Of a stretch of DNA of 64,000 nucleotides, positions 51,727 through 61,682 are shown one piece after another; within the stretch, counting starts at the first letter, position 1; every line of letters begins with the position of its first letter. Made by a program: the position numbers and the translations under genes. The notes beneath the pieces were generated by a model that was given only the letters and a program-made list of their open reading frames with translations, searched no databases and was not told the DNA's origin. The DNA comes from an uncultured Acidobacteriota bacterium (GTDB taxonomy: Bacteria > Acidobacteriota > Blastocatellia > RBC074). The stretch spans positions 1,920,001-1,984,000 of the forward strand of contig CAWCKY010000006.1 of NCBI GenBank assembly GCA_963796275.1, written 5' to 3'.

Positions 51727-52431
51727 TAACTGCGCACGTGGGTCCCAAGCCGCTTTACTTTATGGGTTCGCCTGAATAGCCTACTGTGCCCAACAAATCG
51801 CTCCAGCCAAAATGATATTGTAGGAGGTCTGACGAGGTAAGAAAAAACGCTCACCCAGTGGCCTGCTATACTAACCGAGGATTGAGGATTGCGCAGTTGT
51901 TCATGAGACAGCCAATAAAGCAATGGACTACCAACGGTACCAGGCCAGGCTACCGCACTCCAAAAGCTCCGCCATCCTCTTGATATCAGTTTAATATCCA
52001 TGGGGCTTGTCTCGATTTCCTAAGAAAATCGAGGAGTTTTATGACATGCAATCTCTCCGATTATCAACCCTGATTCTATTCGCTCTCGGAAAGATTTCCG
52101 AATTCTGACCGCTCACCGATGTTTGGCTTCATTCGACAAGGAAACGAAACCGTGTTGGAACAAGTCGACCGCGAATTCGATTTGATTGGCAAAAAATGGA
52201 GCGCAGAAAGACATTTGAACCTTTGCGAGATAAAAACGTAATCAATTCAGCCGAGTTTTCGCAATACAACTGAGAAAAATATGTTCTGCCCTACATGCGG
52301 ACACGCCGACCAAAAGCCTGAAACCTTCTACCGTCGATGCGGAAAAGGCGCGCTTACGGACCGTCTCGCCACTTGTAGTTGTGATTAACTACCGTTTGAA
52401 CTTTTTAGAACCTGGACTGGAGAGTATTCCA

Positions 52432-52809
52432 ATGAAAATGAATCAGATCATACCAATGCTGCCTGTGATGAGCATGATCGCGAGCATCGAGTTCTATCAG
52501 AAGTTGGGATTCAACGTCGAGCGAAAGAATGATGAATGGGGTTGGGCGATGCTCTGCTTTGACGAGTGTCGTTTGATGTTGGATCAATCGATCAATCTTC
52601 ATCCAGATGCGCCTCGCCAATCCGTTCTATACCTATATCCCGAGAACATAGTGGAGTATCACCAGCAGGTGAGAAGGAACGGGGTAGATGTTCCCGACTT
52701 GGATGTCACCTTTTATGGGATGGCAGAGTTTCGCCTCGATGATCCAGACAGCAACCGATTGTGGATCGGACAAAACACACCTCCCGGAGCCGGTAACACC
52801 AGGAATTGA
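52432..52809 (+). CDS. VOC/glyoxalase family protein
   Basis: IPMLPV..SIEFYQKLGF..FYGMAEFRLDDPDSNRLWIGQ. Confidence 0.88.
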   Translation: MKMNQIIPMLPVMSMIASIEFYQKLGFNVERKNDEWGWAMLCFDECRLMLDQSINLHPDAPRQSVLYLYPENIVEYHQQVRRNGVDVPDLDVTFYGMAEFRLDDPDSNRLWIGQNTPPGAGNTRN

Positions 52810-52861
52810 GGTGTGAAGAGAAGAACGAAAAATTCTGCATCACCTCTATCAGGTGCACGAG

Positions 52862-53347
52862 ATGAACACCAAGTCGATTTATAAATCGCCTGCGGGCGAA
52901 AGAGCGATAATGGCCTGGTATGATGCTCTGTTGGCTCGTTGGCCAGTACCTTGCACAACGCTAGACGTAGCCTCACGCTTTGGCGCCACCTTTGTCATCG
53001 CCAGCGGAAACGAATCGGCCCAACCGCTGGTACTCATTCATGGCGCAGGCTCGAACTCCGCCATGTGGGCAGGCGATGTTGGCGAATACAGTTGTAACTA
53101 CCGGGTGTATGCCGTTGACCTTCTCGGGGAACCCGGCAAAAGTGCGTCGATACGCCCGGACTGGAATAGTCCCGCCTATGCCGAATGGCTTGGCGATGTA
53201 CTCGACGCCTTGAAAGTAGAAAGGGCCACCCTCATCGGCCTGTCGCAAGGTGGCTGGACAGCGCTCAAGTTCGCTACTTCCCAACCGGAGCGGGTAGACA
53301 AGCTTGTGCTTTTGAGTCCTGGCGGTAGGTCTCTAGAACATGCCTAA
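52862..53347 (+). pseudogene. Alpha/beta hydrolase, C-terminally truncated
   Basis: LIHGAG, GLSQGG; ends just after LVLLSPGG at an attC R'' box, lacking the catalytic Asp/His half. Confidence 0.75.
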
Positions 53348-53729
53348 CAAACGTTGCGCCGCAGACGCCGCCAGCCTCAGCAGCAACAGCGACGGCGCAC
53401 AAGATCGCACGGTTGTATTACAGCCTGGTGAAAAACGGAAGAGAGTATCAGGAGCAAGGAACGCGTGCGTACGAAGAGCGAGAGCGGATCGTGGCTAATC
53501 TGGAGAAACGCGCGAAGACGCTCGGGTATGAGCTCGTCGCGAAAGCAGCATAAGAAACGCGGCGGCAGGAAATCGGAGGAAAGGTAGTGAGAAGGAAAGG
53601 GTCGTGGGAAAATTGCAGGAGGACGTGTACCTTGATCTGTAGAATCCAAAGGGCTGTTTCTTAAGAGCCGCCGGGCCTGAGTATATTGAAAACCGAGGAT
53701 AAAACGGCGGCACTTCATACGCATTAACC
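53342..53729 (+). repeat. attC interrupted by an IS110 remnant
   Basis: Left arm GCCTAACAAACGTTGCG at 53342; remainder GAGCCGCCGGGCC..TTGAAAACCGAGG..CGGCGGC resumes at 53665. Confidence 0.7.
53371..53667 (+). mobile_element. IS110-family remnant: transposase C-terminus plus right end
   Basis: Unlisted frame ATATAHKIARLYYSLVKNGREYQEQGTRAYEERERIVANLEKRAKTLGYELV, stop 53553; ends GTTTCTTAAGAG. Confidence 0.8.
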
Positions 53730-53749
53730 ACTAACGCAAGAAAGGCAGC

Positions 53750-54379
53750 ATGGCAAAACTGGTTCACATTCAAACCTCACCACGAGGTAGTCGCTCGGCG
53801 TCGCAAGCGGTGGCGGCGCACTTCATCAAGTGCTACTGTGCGGCGCATCCCGGCGACGTCGTGGATACGCTCGATATCTGGCAGACCGATCTTCCTGAGA
53901 TCAACGGCGCCACGCTTGACGCTGCATATGCCGTCAAGCACGACCAGCCGCATTCGCCGGAACAACTCCACGTCTGGCAGGCCATCGTGCGCATCGCCGA
54001 CCACTTTAAGTCAGCCGACAAATATCTAGTCTCGCTGCCGATGTGGAATTTCAGCATCCCGTATAAACTGAAGCACTATATTGATCTGCTCGTGCACCGG
54101 GGGCTGACCTACAGCTTCACGCTGGAAGAAGGTTACAAGGGGCTCGTCACGGGCAAGCCGCTTACAATGGTCTGTGCACGCGGCGGCGCGTATGGCCCCG
54201 GTTCCGGTGCAGAAAGTTACGATCAGCAGAGCGTGTATTTGAAGAATATCTTTGGGTTCATCGGTTTCACCGACATCCGGGAGATTTTCGTCGAGGCGAC
54301 GGAGGCGAGTCTCACCTCCAAGGATGAGGTCGTGGCAACTGCTAAACGTAAGGCGGCGGAGATGGCCTCGCATTTTTGA
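53750..54379 (+). CDS. azoR: FMN-dependent NADH-azoreductase
   Basis: SPRGSRSAS, PMWNFSIPYKLKHYID, ARGGAY, FGFIGFTD. Confidence 0.9.
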   Translation: MAKLVHIQTSPRGSRSASQAVAAHFIKCYCAAHPGDVVDTLDIWQTDLPEINGATLDAAYAVKHDQPHSPEQLHVWQAIVRIADHFKSADKYLVSLPMWNFSIPYKLKHYIDLLVHRGLTYSFTLEEGYKGLVTGKPLTMVCARGGAYGPGSGAESYDQQSVYLKNIFGFIGFTDIREIFVEATEASLTSKDEVVATAKRKAAEMASHF

Positions 54380-54436
54380 TCCGACTTTCATGCGCTGCCG
54401 AAGCAAGGTAGAAATGACTCGAGAGAATGATTGAAG

Positions 54437-54512
54437 GGACAAATGTGGCACGGAGCGGGGGAGTTGCTTTAAAGTCGATGCCAAACGGCGGCCCGGTGAA
54501 CTCCTGCGTAGA
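54437..54512 (+). repeat. Degenerate attC (type A)
   Basis: ACAAATGTGGCACGGAGC..CGGCGGCCCGGTGAACTCCTGCGTAGAT. Confidence 0.65.
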
Positions 54513-54567
54513 TGACCATTCACAAATATCGAAAAAGACCGCGGCCCACACGCCATGAGGTGCATAG

Positions 54568-54996
54568 ATGAGTGATACCGATTATCGAACTGAGCAGGAG
54601 ATTAAAAAGTTAGCACACGAATGGCTCGACGCGGCTCGGCGGCGGGATCGGGCGACACTGGACCGCATTCTTGCCGACGACTTCACGATTTCAGGTTGGC
54701 AACCCGAGGGGCAGTTGGCTGACAAACTCTACTATATCGAGGACTGCCTAAAACCCGTGGATATTCAGGATGGGTCTTATCAATATGATCGGTGGCGGGT
54801 ACGCCAGTACGGCGAGACTGCCGTGGTCAACTGCACTTTGGAGATACAAGCAATCGTTGAGGGCACGAAGTGGGGAGGAGAGGTGCTCATCACGGATGTA
54901 TGGGTTCGCGAGAGGGGCCAGTGGCGGGTAGTGACGCGCCACACGAGTCCGATTGTGAGAGAGGAAAAGGGAGAAGACGAAGCCGCGCCCATCTGA
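54568..54996 (+). CDS. DUF4440/NTF2-like protein
   Basis: LDRILADDF, VRQYGETAVV, TDVWVRERGQWRVV..H.S. Confidence 0.88.
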   Translation: MSDTDYRTEQEIKKLAHEWLDAARRRDRATLDRILADDFTISGWQPEGQLADKLYYIEDCLKPVDIQDGSYQYDRWRVRQYGETAVVNCTLEIQAIVEGTKWGGEVLITDVWVRERGQWRVVTRHTSPIVREEKGEDEAAPI

Positions 54997-55148
54997 CGAC
55001 CGCAGGCGTAGTAGTCGCCGCTACTCAATCCTAACCCGTCGTTGGACCGCAGCGCGCGATGAATGATTCGGGCAGCACCTCGTGGTAGCACGAGGTGCTC
55101 CCTGATGCTTGACGTCCTGATTGTCAGCTGGCGAAAGGAGCAAAGGGC

Positions 55149-55595
55149 ATGATTAAACACTTCGACCACGTAACCATTGTGGTAAGAGATGTCGAGGCGG
55201 CCAAGCAGTTTTTCGGCCTGCTAGGGTTCAACGAAGACAAGTCTGTCGTTATCGCGGGCCCACAGTTCTCGGCCTACATGGGCGTGGACGGCATCGAAGC
55301 CGAACATGTCACGCTTGTCCTCGCCAACTGCTCGCCGCGAACGGAGGTGCAGTTACTGAAGTACCGTCACCCGGATACTCTCCCCGACCCGGCAATTCGC
55401 AACCTCACGAAACTGGGGTTCAACCATGTCTGCTTCGCCGTGGATGACCTGGAGGCCGAAGTGGCAAGGCTGAAAGCCATGGGCGTCCAACTCCGGAACG
55501 AGATCATGGTATTCCATAACCGAAAGCTAGTCTTTTTATCCGGACCGGAGGGTATCACCGTGGAACTGGCTGAATGGGATCGAAGCCGCGGGTAG
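55149..55595 (+). CDS. VOC/glyoxalase family protein
   Basis: FDHVTIVVRD, GFNHVCFAVDD, GPEGITVELAE. Confidence 0.9.
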   Translation: MIKHFDHVTIVVRDVEAAKQFFGLLGFNEDKSVVIAGPQFSAYMGVDGIEAEHVTLVLANCSPRTEVQLLKYRHPDTLPDPAIRNLTKLGFNHVCFAVDDLEAEVARLKAMGVQLRNEIMVFHNRKLVFLSGPEGITVELAEWDRSRG

Positions 55596-55732
55596 CGCCG
55601 AACCAACTGCTTACCAGGCACATTACGAAACGGCGGGGAAAAAGGATAGCCATAATAATTGATCGCGATCCTTTGCGTCACCCGGAAATAACAGTTCAGT
55701 TCCGAGCTAGCATCCACGACGGAGGATAATCC

Positions 55733-56137
55733 ATGGAAGCGAACCAAGTGCGTGAAATTATCGAGAAGTGGGCTGAGGGAGTTAGGGCGCGAGACATCGA
55801 TGCTGTCCTGAGTCACCACTCATCGGACCTACTCATGTATGATGTTGTGGGACCCACCCGCTTGCAGGGACTGGACGCGTATCGCCGAACCTGGCTCGAG
55901 CAGTTCTTCCCTTGGCATGGTGGGATAGGCCGTTTTGAGGTAGTCGATCTAAAGGTGTCGGCAGGGGCTGATGTTGCCTTTGCCACGGCGATACTTGAAT
56001 GCGCGGGAACTGAGAACGGAAAGCAGGTCGCATTCACGTTGAGACTGACGATCGGTATGGAGAAGCGCGATGGGGAGTGGATGGTCGTTCACGAGCACCA
56101 CTCGCAGCCCTTGGACTTCGACGCTGCCCGCATCTGA
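55733..56137 (+). CDS. SnoaL/YybH-like NTF2 protein
   Basis: RARDIDAV, LRLTIG..DGEWMVVHEHHS. Confidence 0.9.
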   Translation: MEANQVREIIEKWAEGVRARDIDAVLSHHSSDLLMYDVVGPTRLQGLDAYRRTWLEQFFPWHGGIGRFEVVDLKVSAGADVAFATAILECAGTENGKQVAFTLRLTIGMEKRDGEWMVVHEHHSQPLDFDAARI

Positions 56138-56143
56138 GCGGGG

Positions 56144-56324
56144 TCTGAGAGCGCTGGCCGTAAGGTGAGCAAGGTGAATCCGTCCTATACGTCGCAAGAT
56201 TGCTCGAAATGTGGGGCCAGGGGGGGGCACTCGCTTCGGGGGATGGTTCCCGATGGGGAATCGTGAGAACCAAGAATCCGCCACTATAACGCCCAAAGCG
56301 GCGTTATAGTGGAGGGAGTGTCAA
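56144..56324 (+). mobile_element. IS200/IS605 TnpB remnant with right-end hairpin (omega-RNA-type 3' end)
   Basis: ESAGRKVSKVNPSYTSQDCSKCG zinc-ribbon fragment; hairpin CCACTATAACGCC/GGCGTTATAGTGG at 56281-56312; terminal GTGTCAA. Confidence 0.8.
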
Positions 56325-56390
56325 ACAATCCAATATTTTCACCGGGCTGCCGGTAGGCCAACAGCGTTCTGCAGACAAGGAGTGCGCTCG

Positions 56391-56765
56391 ATGTTCGATT
56401 ACGATGGCCGGATTTTTCGCTCGATATCGAATTCAGATGGAGGCGATGTCAGCGGAGAGACGAATTTCCACTATCATCAGCGAGGCGATCTCGTCTGGGC
56501 GATCTACAATGGCGGATATGTATTATTCGGCACGCTCTTAGCCAGGGTCGACGCCTTCGGAAACCTGGACATGCGCTACCAGCACATATCGGTTGACGGC
56601 ACTTTCAAGTCGGGTCTTTGTCAATCCCGACCGGAGAGGTTACCCGATGGTCGTCTTCGGCTTCATGAGCGCTGGCAGTGGAGCGACGGCGCCGAAGGCG
56701 AAGGTACCTCCATTATCGAAGAGATACCAAAGGATGACTTACATAATGAATATTTTGACGTATAG
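56391..56765 (+). CDS. Small beta-barrel conserved hypothetical protein (often annotated N-acetylglutamate synthase-like)
   Basis: YDGRIFRS..F.YHQ..VWA.Y.GG..GRLRLHERWQW; RBS AAGGAG. Confidence 0.8.
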   Translation: MFDYDGRIFRSISNSDGGDVSGETNFHYHQRGDLVWAIYNGGYVLFGTLLARVDAFGNLDMRYQHISVDGTFKSGLCQSRPERLPDGRLRLHERWQWSDGAEGEGTSIIEEIPKDDLHNEYFDV

Positions 56766-57169
56766 CTATTATTCCTTCAACCTTCCTGACATCCGTTTCA
56801 TCTGAACGCGCCCAACATATGGTTTGTTTACCAGGAATTCACATGGCAAACCCCAGCCAAAAAGCTGCGTCTAACACTTATTTCGCGGAGTGCGGGTGCG
56901 CCATATCGGCGGACAAGTGTAGACCTTGTTTTTATAGCCGAGATCACGCGAGGGCCTGTGGGACTCTGACGTGCCGGGCGAAATCAATTTGCAGACAGGA
57001 GTCGTATCATGGTTCAAGATTCAGGATGTGAACCATCCATTCTGAATTTCTGTTATTGATGTTTGCCAATGAAGTCGTGCATGAAAATACGATAAGCATA
57101 AGGACGAAGTAGGAATTCCGCGCTATGCAAATGTATAAAGCGACCGGAGAAGGCCGAGGAAAACCCGTT

Positions 57170-57610
57170 ATGAAAGAAAAATCATTGATGATACTGATTG
57201 CCGGGCCATACCGATCAGGTACTGATGATGATCCGGCAAAGATGGCTGCAAACGTGAGGGCAATGGAATCATTCGCATTACCTATTTATCGGGCAGGACA
57301 TCTCCCTGTCTTGGGTGAGTGGTTTGCTCTGCCATTGGTCGAGATGGCTGGCTCAAAGGAGGTGGGAGACGCACCATTCAACGAAATCTTTCACCCTATT
57401 TCTGAGCGACTCCTTGATAAGTGTGACGCTGTACTGCGAATCGGCGGGGCGTCAAATGGAGCCGACGTCATGGTTGAAGTCGCACAAAAGAGAGGGTTGC
57501 TGGTGTTTTACTCAATTGAAGATATAGTGTCATATAAATCATCCAAGAAGACGGGGAAGACGAGTAGAAGCATCAGTCCGGGGCAAGACAAAAAGCGTCG
57601 CATAATATAA
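57170..57610 (+). CDS. DUF4406-like (nucleoside deoxyribosyltransferase-fold) protein
   Basis: ILIAGPYRSG, CDAVLRIGGAS.GAD. Confidence 0.8.
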   Translation: MKEKSLMILIAGPYRSGTDDDPAKMAANVRAMESFALPIYRAGHLPVLGEWFALPLVEMAGSKEVGDAPFNEIFHPISERLLDKCDAVLRIGGASNGADVMVEVAQKRGLLVFYSIEDIVSYKSSKKTGKTSRSISPGQDKKRRII

Positions 57611-57659
57611 GCGACCTTGCTTCTGCATTTTTAAACTGCCAGCGTATTAGTAGTAAATT

Positions 57660-58118
57660 ATGGCCAGAGCACCGTTTCAGATCCTTGTCTATCCATATCG
57701 TCAAATCAGCAACGGTGAATACAGGTATGTTTTGTTGAAACGGTCGGATGTGGGTTGGTGGCAAGGCATCGCTGGCGGCGGTGAAGATGGAGAGATTCCA
57801 CTCGATGCTGCCAGGAGAGAGGTGAGGGAAGAAGCGGGGATAGCGAGTGAGTCACATTTCTTAACATTGGATACCATAGTTTGGGTTCGTGTGACAGAAT
57901 TCAGAGACAGCTATCTCTGGGGCGAGGACGTCTATGTAATCCCGCAGTATTGCTTTGGGGTGTTAGTGAGTGATGAGAAAATAACACTGTCTGGAGAGCA
58001 CAGTGATTATAGATGGCTCAATTATGATGAGGCAGACAAGCTCACGAGATACGATGAGAACAAAACAGCGTTGTGGGAGTTAAATCAAAGATTGAAGGGC
58101 AAAGGCCCAAGAGTCTGA
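57660..58118 (+). CDS. NUDIX hydrolase (NudB-like)
   Basis: GGGEDGEIPLDAARREVREEAG Nudix box; SGEHSDYRW. Confidence 0.92.
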   Translation: MARAPFQILVYPYRQISNGEYRYVLLKRSDVGWWQGIAGGGEDGEIPLDAARREVREEAGIASESHFLTLDTIVWVRVTEFRDSYLWGEDVYVIPQYCFGVLVSDEKITLSGEHSDYRWLNYDEADKLTRYDENKTALWELNQRLKGKGPRV

Positions 58119-58276
58119 TGAGTAATTGGCAGCCTATGCGCAAAGCCGCCGATGGAACAATGGATAAGTCGGATGAGCATCTGTTGCTCAAGGGTTGAGT
58201 ATAAGGATAAATATAGAAATATAAATCTTGCATAATGAACATGGATTGTTAAGCACCAGTTTGTCGGGAGGTACGT

Positions 58277-58786
58277 TTGAATATAATTGAGACAGAAAGG
58301 TTAATACTACGAGAACTCACGACAGAGGATGCATCATTCATATTTGAACTTTTGAATGATCCTTCATTCATACGATACATAGGGGATAAAGGTGTGAAAT
58401 GTGTTGAGGATGCGCATCAGTACATATTGACTGGGCCGGTCGAGAGTTATCATCAGAATGGGTATGGCTTGTATTTAGTGATATTGAAATCTATAGAAAA
58501 ATCGATCGGATTATGCGGGTTAGTTAAAAGACCCACTCTACCGGATGCGGATATTGGATTTGCCTTTCTTCCGACATATCGGTCAAAGGGTTATGCATAC
58601 GAGGCGGCGGCTGCCGTCCTGTCTTATGGGCAAGGGGTTTTAGGATTGAAGCGAGTGCTTGGAATTACGTTACCGGAAAATAACAGTTCGATAAAGGTGC
58701 TAAGAAAAATTGGGCTGAGATATGACCGGATGGTGAGATTGAAAGATGAAGAGAAAGATCTAATGCTATTTACGACTGAAGCCTAA
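58277..58786 (+). CDS. GNAT (RimJ/RimL-like) acetyltransferase
   Basis: IETERLILRE, DIGFAF..YRSKGYAYEAA, EN.SSIKVL.KIG. Confidence 0.9.
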   Translation: MNIIETERLILRELTTEDASFIFELLNDPSFIRYIGDKGVKCVEDAHQYILTGPVESYHQNGYGLYLVILKSIEKSIGLCGLVKRPTLPDADIGFAFLPTYRSKGYAYEAAAAVLSYGQGVLGLKRVLGITLPENNSSIKVLRKIGLRYDRMVRLKDEEKDLMLFTTEA

Positions 58787-58933
58787 GAGGTATGGGTACT
58801 TTAATTTGAGCGAGTCTGTGACGATTCATCAGATCATCCATACATCAATCTTTGGACGTACGATCGGATCCGCCATCTCAGTATCTGTATATTCATCTCA
58901 TCACAGCTAAAGCTCCGACGGAGCTTTGAACCT

Positions 58934-59314
58934 ATGAAGAAGTCAGCACCTATATCAAGTCCTGATGCTTACGTCGCCACTCTTTCCGGGTGGCAACGTG
59001 TTATGGTGGAAAAACTGCGCGCGGCTGTTCTTGCCACCGCCGATCTCGACGAAGTCATCAAGTGGGGTAATTTGGTCTACCTCTCAAACGGCCCCGTACT
59101 ACTCATCCGAGCTGAAGAGAATCGGGTCCTGTTCGGCTTTTGGCGAGGAAAACTCCTGCGCGAGATCGAACAGCGCCTGAAGCCCGGAGGGAAATACGAG
59201 ATGGCCACAATCGAATTGCGCGAGAACCAAGAAATCACGCGAACGGTGGTGCGTCGCCTCGTCAAAGCGGCAGTCGAGCTGAATAGGACCCTCGGCGATC
59301 CCACGAAAATCTAA
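58934..59314 (+). CDS. DUF1801 (YdhG-like) protein
   Basis: DAYV..LRAAVL..EVIKWG..Y; LVKAAVELN. Confidence 0.85.
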   Translation: MKKSAPISSPDAYVATLSGWQRVMVEKLRAAVLATADLDEVIKWGNLVYLSNGPVLLIRAEENRVLFGFWRGKLLREIEQRLKPGGKYEMATIELRENQEITRTVVRRLVKAAVELNRTLGDPTKI

Positions 59315-59334
59315 CGAACATAAGGAGGGCAATA

Positions 59335-59799
59335 GTGGCGTTGTCGGTGATCATCATCCTTTATATATCCATCGGGGTGGTGTCTGCGATCGGATCGATC
59401 GCCATCTCCAAGAAGATGTTTTCTGCAAAGGCTGAGCAGATGTTCTTCGGTATATTCCTCGTTCTGATCGCTGTTATTTATCTGGCGTTCACCGCTTATT
59501 TTGGTTCTGGCAATGCCTGGCGGATTGAAGGGGTGGCCGTGATAATTTTCGCGGTACTTGGCATTCTCGGTATGCGGATACCTGTTATTCTCCTGCTCGG
59601 CTATGCATTGCACGGCGTTTGGGACCTGCTCCACGAACTGCAGGTACACGCAGGAGTTGAGATCGATGCCACCGGAACATTATCGGATATCCCACTGGCT
59701 TATGGATTCTTCTGCGCCACCTACGACTGGTGCATGGCAGCGTACTTTTATACCCGGCGTGATTCGTGGAATGCCGCTTGGAGAGCACCGGCAAGATGA
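59335..59799 (+). CDS. Membrane protein (DUF6010-like)
   Basis: Four to five TM helices; GYALHGVWDLLH, YGFFCATYDW. Confidence 0.7.
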   Translation: MALSVIIILYISIGVVSAIGSIAISKKMFSAKAEQMFFGIFLVLIAVIYLAFTAYFGSGNAWRIEGVAVIIFAVLGILGMRIPVILLLGYALHGVWDLLHELQVHAGVEIDATGTLSDIPLAYGFFCATYDWCMAAYFYTRRDSWNAAWRAPAR

Positions 59800-59904
59800 G
59801 CGGCGCTCCCGTCTGTTTCACGCTGCCGAACAACTTTGTAAGTAAACTGGGAGTGTGCGGCGAAGATGTGGTGATGCTAGCGGGTACCGGGAAAGGAAGG
59901 TTAG

Positions 59905-60864
59905 ATGACAGGCGACGTAAATAGTCGGAGTGTCGATCCGATCGCTTTGCGTGGTCGTATCGCGGTTGTTGCCGGGGCGACTCGAGGAGCCGGTCGTGGT
60001 ATCGCAGCCGCCCTGGGAGAGGCTGGCGCCACGGTCATCTGTTGTGGTCGCAGCAGCCGCAATCGCTCTCTGCCATCCGACTATGACCGTTCCGAGACAA
60101 TAGAAGAAACAGCTGAACTCGTTTCATTATTGGGCGGTCATGGCATTCCGGAGGTTGTCGACCATCTCGATGCCGACCAGGTCAAGCGTCTGGCGGAGCA
60201 AATCGGAGATTCGTATGGTCACATCGATATTTTGGTGAACGACATTTGGGGCGCAGAGAAGCTCAAAGGTGGACCGCCCGACTGGAACAAGCCAATCTGG
60301 CAGATCGATCTCCAGAAAGGGCTCCGGATTCTTCGCCTCGCGGTCGATACACACTTGATAACCTCCCACTATCTCTTGCCTCTTCTGATAGCACGCCCTG
60401 GAGGCCTCCTGATCGAGGTAACCGACGGAACATCTGACTACAACGCGTCGCGATACCGGATCTCGGCGTTCTACGACCTGGCTAAGGTTGCCGTGAATCG
60501 GCTGGCGTTCTCTCAAGGGCACGAACTCGCGCCTTACCATGCGACGGCGGTGGCAATAACCCCGGGATGGCTTCGGTCGGAGATGATGCTCGAGGCCTAC
60601 AAAGTCACCGAGGAAAACTGGCGCTCCGCCACAGCTCCGCCCGGGTTCGCGGTATCCGAATCGCCTCGTTACGTGGGACGCGCCGTTGTGGCGCTCGCAA
60701 TGGACCCTGGTCGAGAACGATGGAATCAGCGGTCCGTGACATCGGCGGAACTCGCGTCCGAGTACGGCTTCACAGACGTTGATGGTTCTCGCCCTGACGT
60801 GTGGCGATACATGCAAACCGTCGAGAATGGCGATCAAAACGCCAACCCGAACGACTATCGCTAG
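59905..60864 (+). CDS. SDR oxidoreductase
   Basis: AGATRGAGRGIA, DILVNDIWG, YDLAK, TPGWLRSE. Confidence 0.93.
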   Translation: MTGDVNSRSVDPIALRGRIAVVAGATRGAGRGIAAALGEAGATVICCGRSSRNRSLPSDYDRSETIEETAELVSLLGGHGIPEVVDHLDADQVKRLAEQIGDSYGHIDILVNDIWGAEKLKGGPPDWNKPIWQIDLQKGLRILRLAVDTHLITSHYLLPLLIARPGGLLIEVTDGTSDYNASRYRISAFYDLAKVAVNRLAFSQGHELAPYHATAVAITPGWLRSEMMLEAYKVTEENWRSATAPPGFAVSESPRYVGRAVVALAMDPGRERWNQRSVTSAELASEYGFTDVDGSRPDVWRYMQTVENGDQNANPNDYR

Positions 60865-61314
60865 CACCGAATCGGTCATTGCGATCCGGCGTGCAACAGT
60901 GTTTGCGCGGCAATTCGCTTTTTGGCCAATCTGGTGCCCCTCTCAGTGCGAACATGAATTTTGTGACATGAACTTTGTCATAGGATTAGTGAAGGGGGGT
61001 ATGGAATGATCATTGTATCGGGTCGCATCTACGTTTCGAGGCCTCGGCCCGGGACCGGAACTGACTGGATTCATCGAGCGAGCAGAGGGAAGCCGGCATC
61101 AAATCTCTTCGACCGGGCCGCCGTGAAGAGAGAGCCCAGGCATGCTGTCCAAGGGCCAAATGACAGCATCTGCCGCTGAAACGAGACGTTGGGCGACTAT
61201 TTTAATCCGGTGACGATAGACCGGCTTTACCGGCTTTCTAAATGAAACAAATTGAGCTAAATAAGTTGAGGACCGTGCAAATTAAAGTTGATTGTTATCA
61301 GTAGTTTCTGGTTG

Positions 61315-61462
61315 GCTCCGGAGGAGCCCGATGTTTATAGCTTAGATGATAATGTTCATCGCAAGCTCCAGAGGAGCGACACTGAACGCCTATATACCGC
61401 TCCTCCGGAGCTTGCGAGGTTTGGATGATCGAGTGCTATAAATATTCCGCGCCGCTGGCGCT
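61315..61462. repeat. REP/BIME-like nested inverted repeat
   Basis: Outer GCTCCGGAGGAGCCCGATGTTTATAGC..GCTATAAATAT; inner CGCAAGCTCCAGAGGAGCG..CGCTCCTCCGGAGCTTGCG. Confidence 0.75.
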
Positions 61463-61682
61463 CGGGACCAAAAACATTGATTCCAATGATCTTTTATTTG
61501 CACAGTCCTCAAATAAGTTGCTGATCGCGGGCTGAGGAAATCTACCAAATGTATAAATGAAATTTTCCGGGTTTGTCTTCGGTGGTGGAATATCCGGGCG
61601 GTGACGTAGGATAACCTTGCGGCGTCGCACGTTCCGGTCGTTGCACCAAATCCTCTTTTTTCCCGGTCAACTAAGGGAGTGA

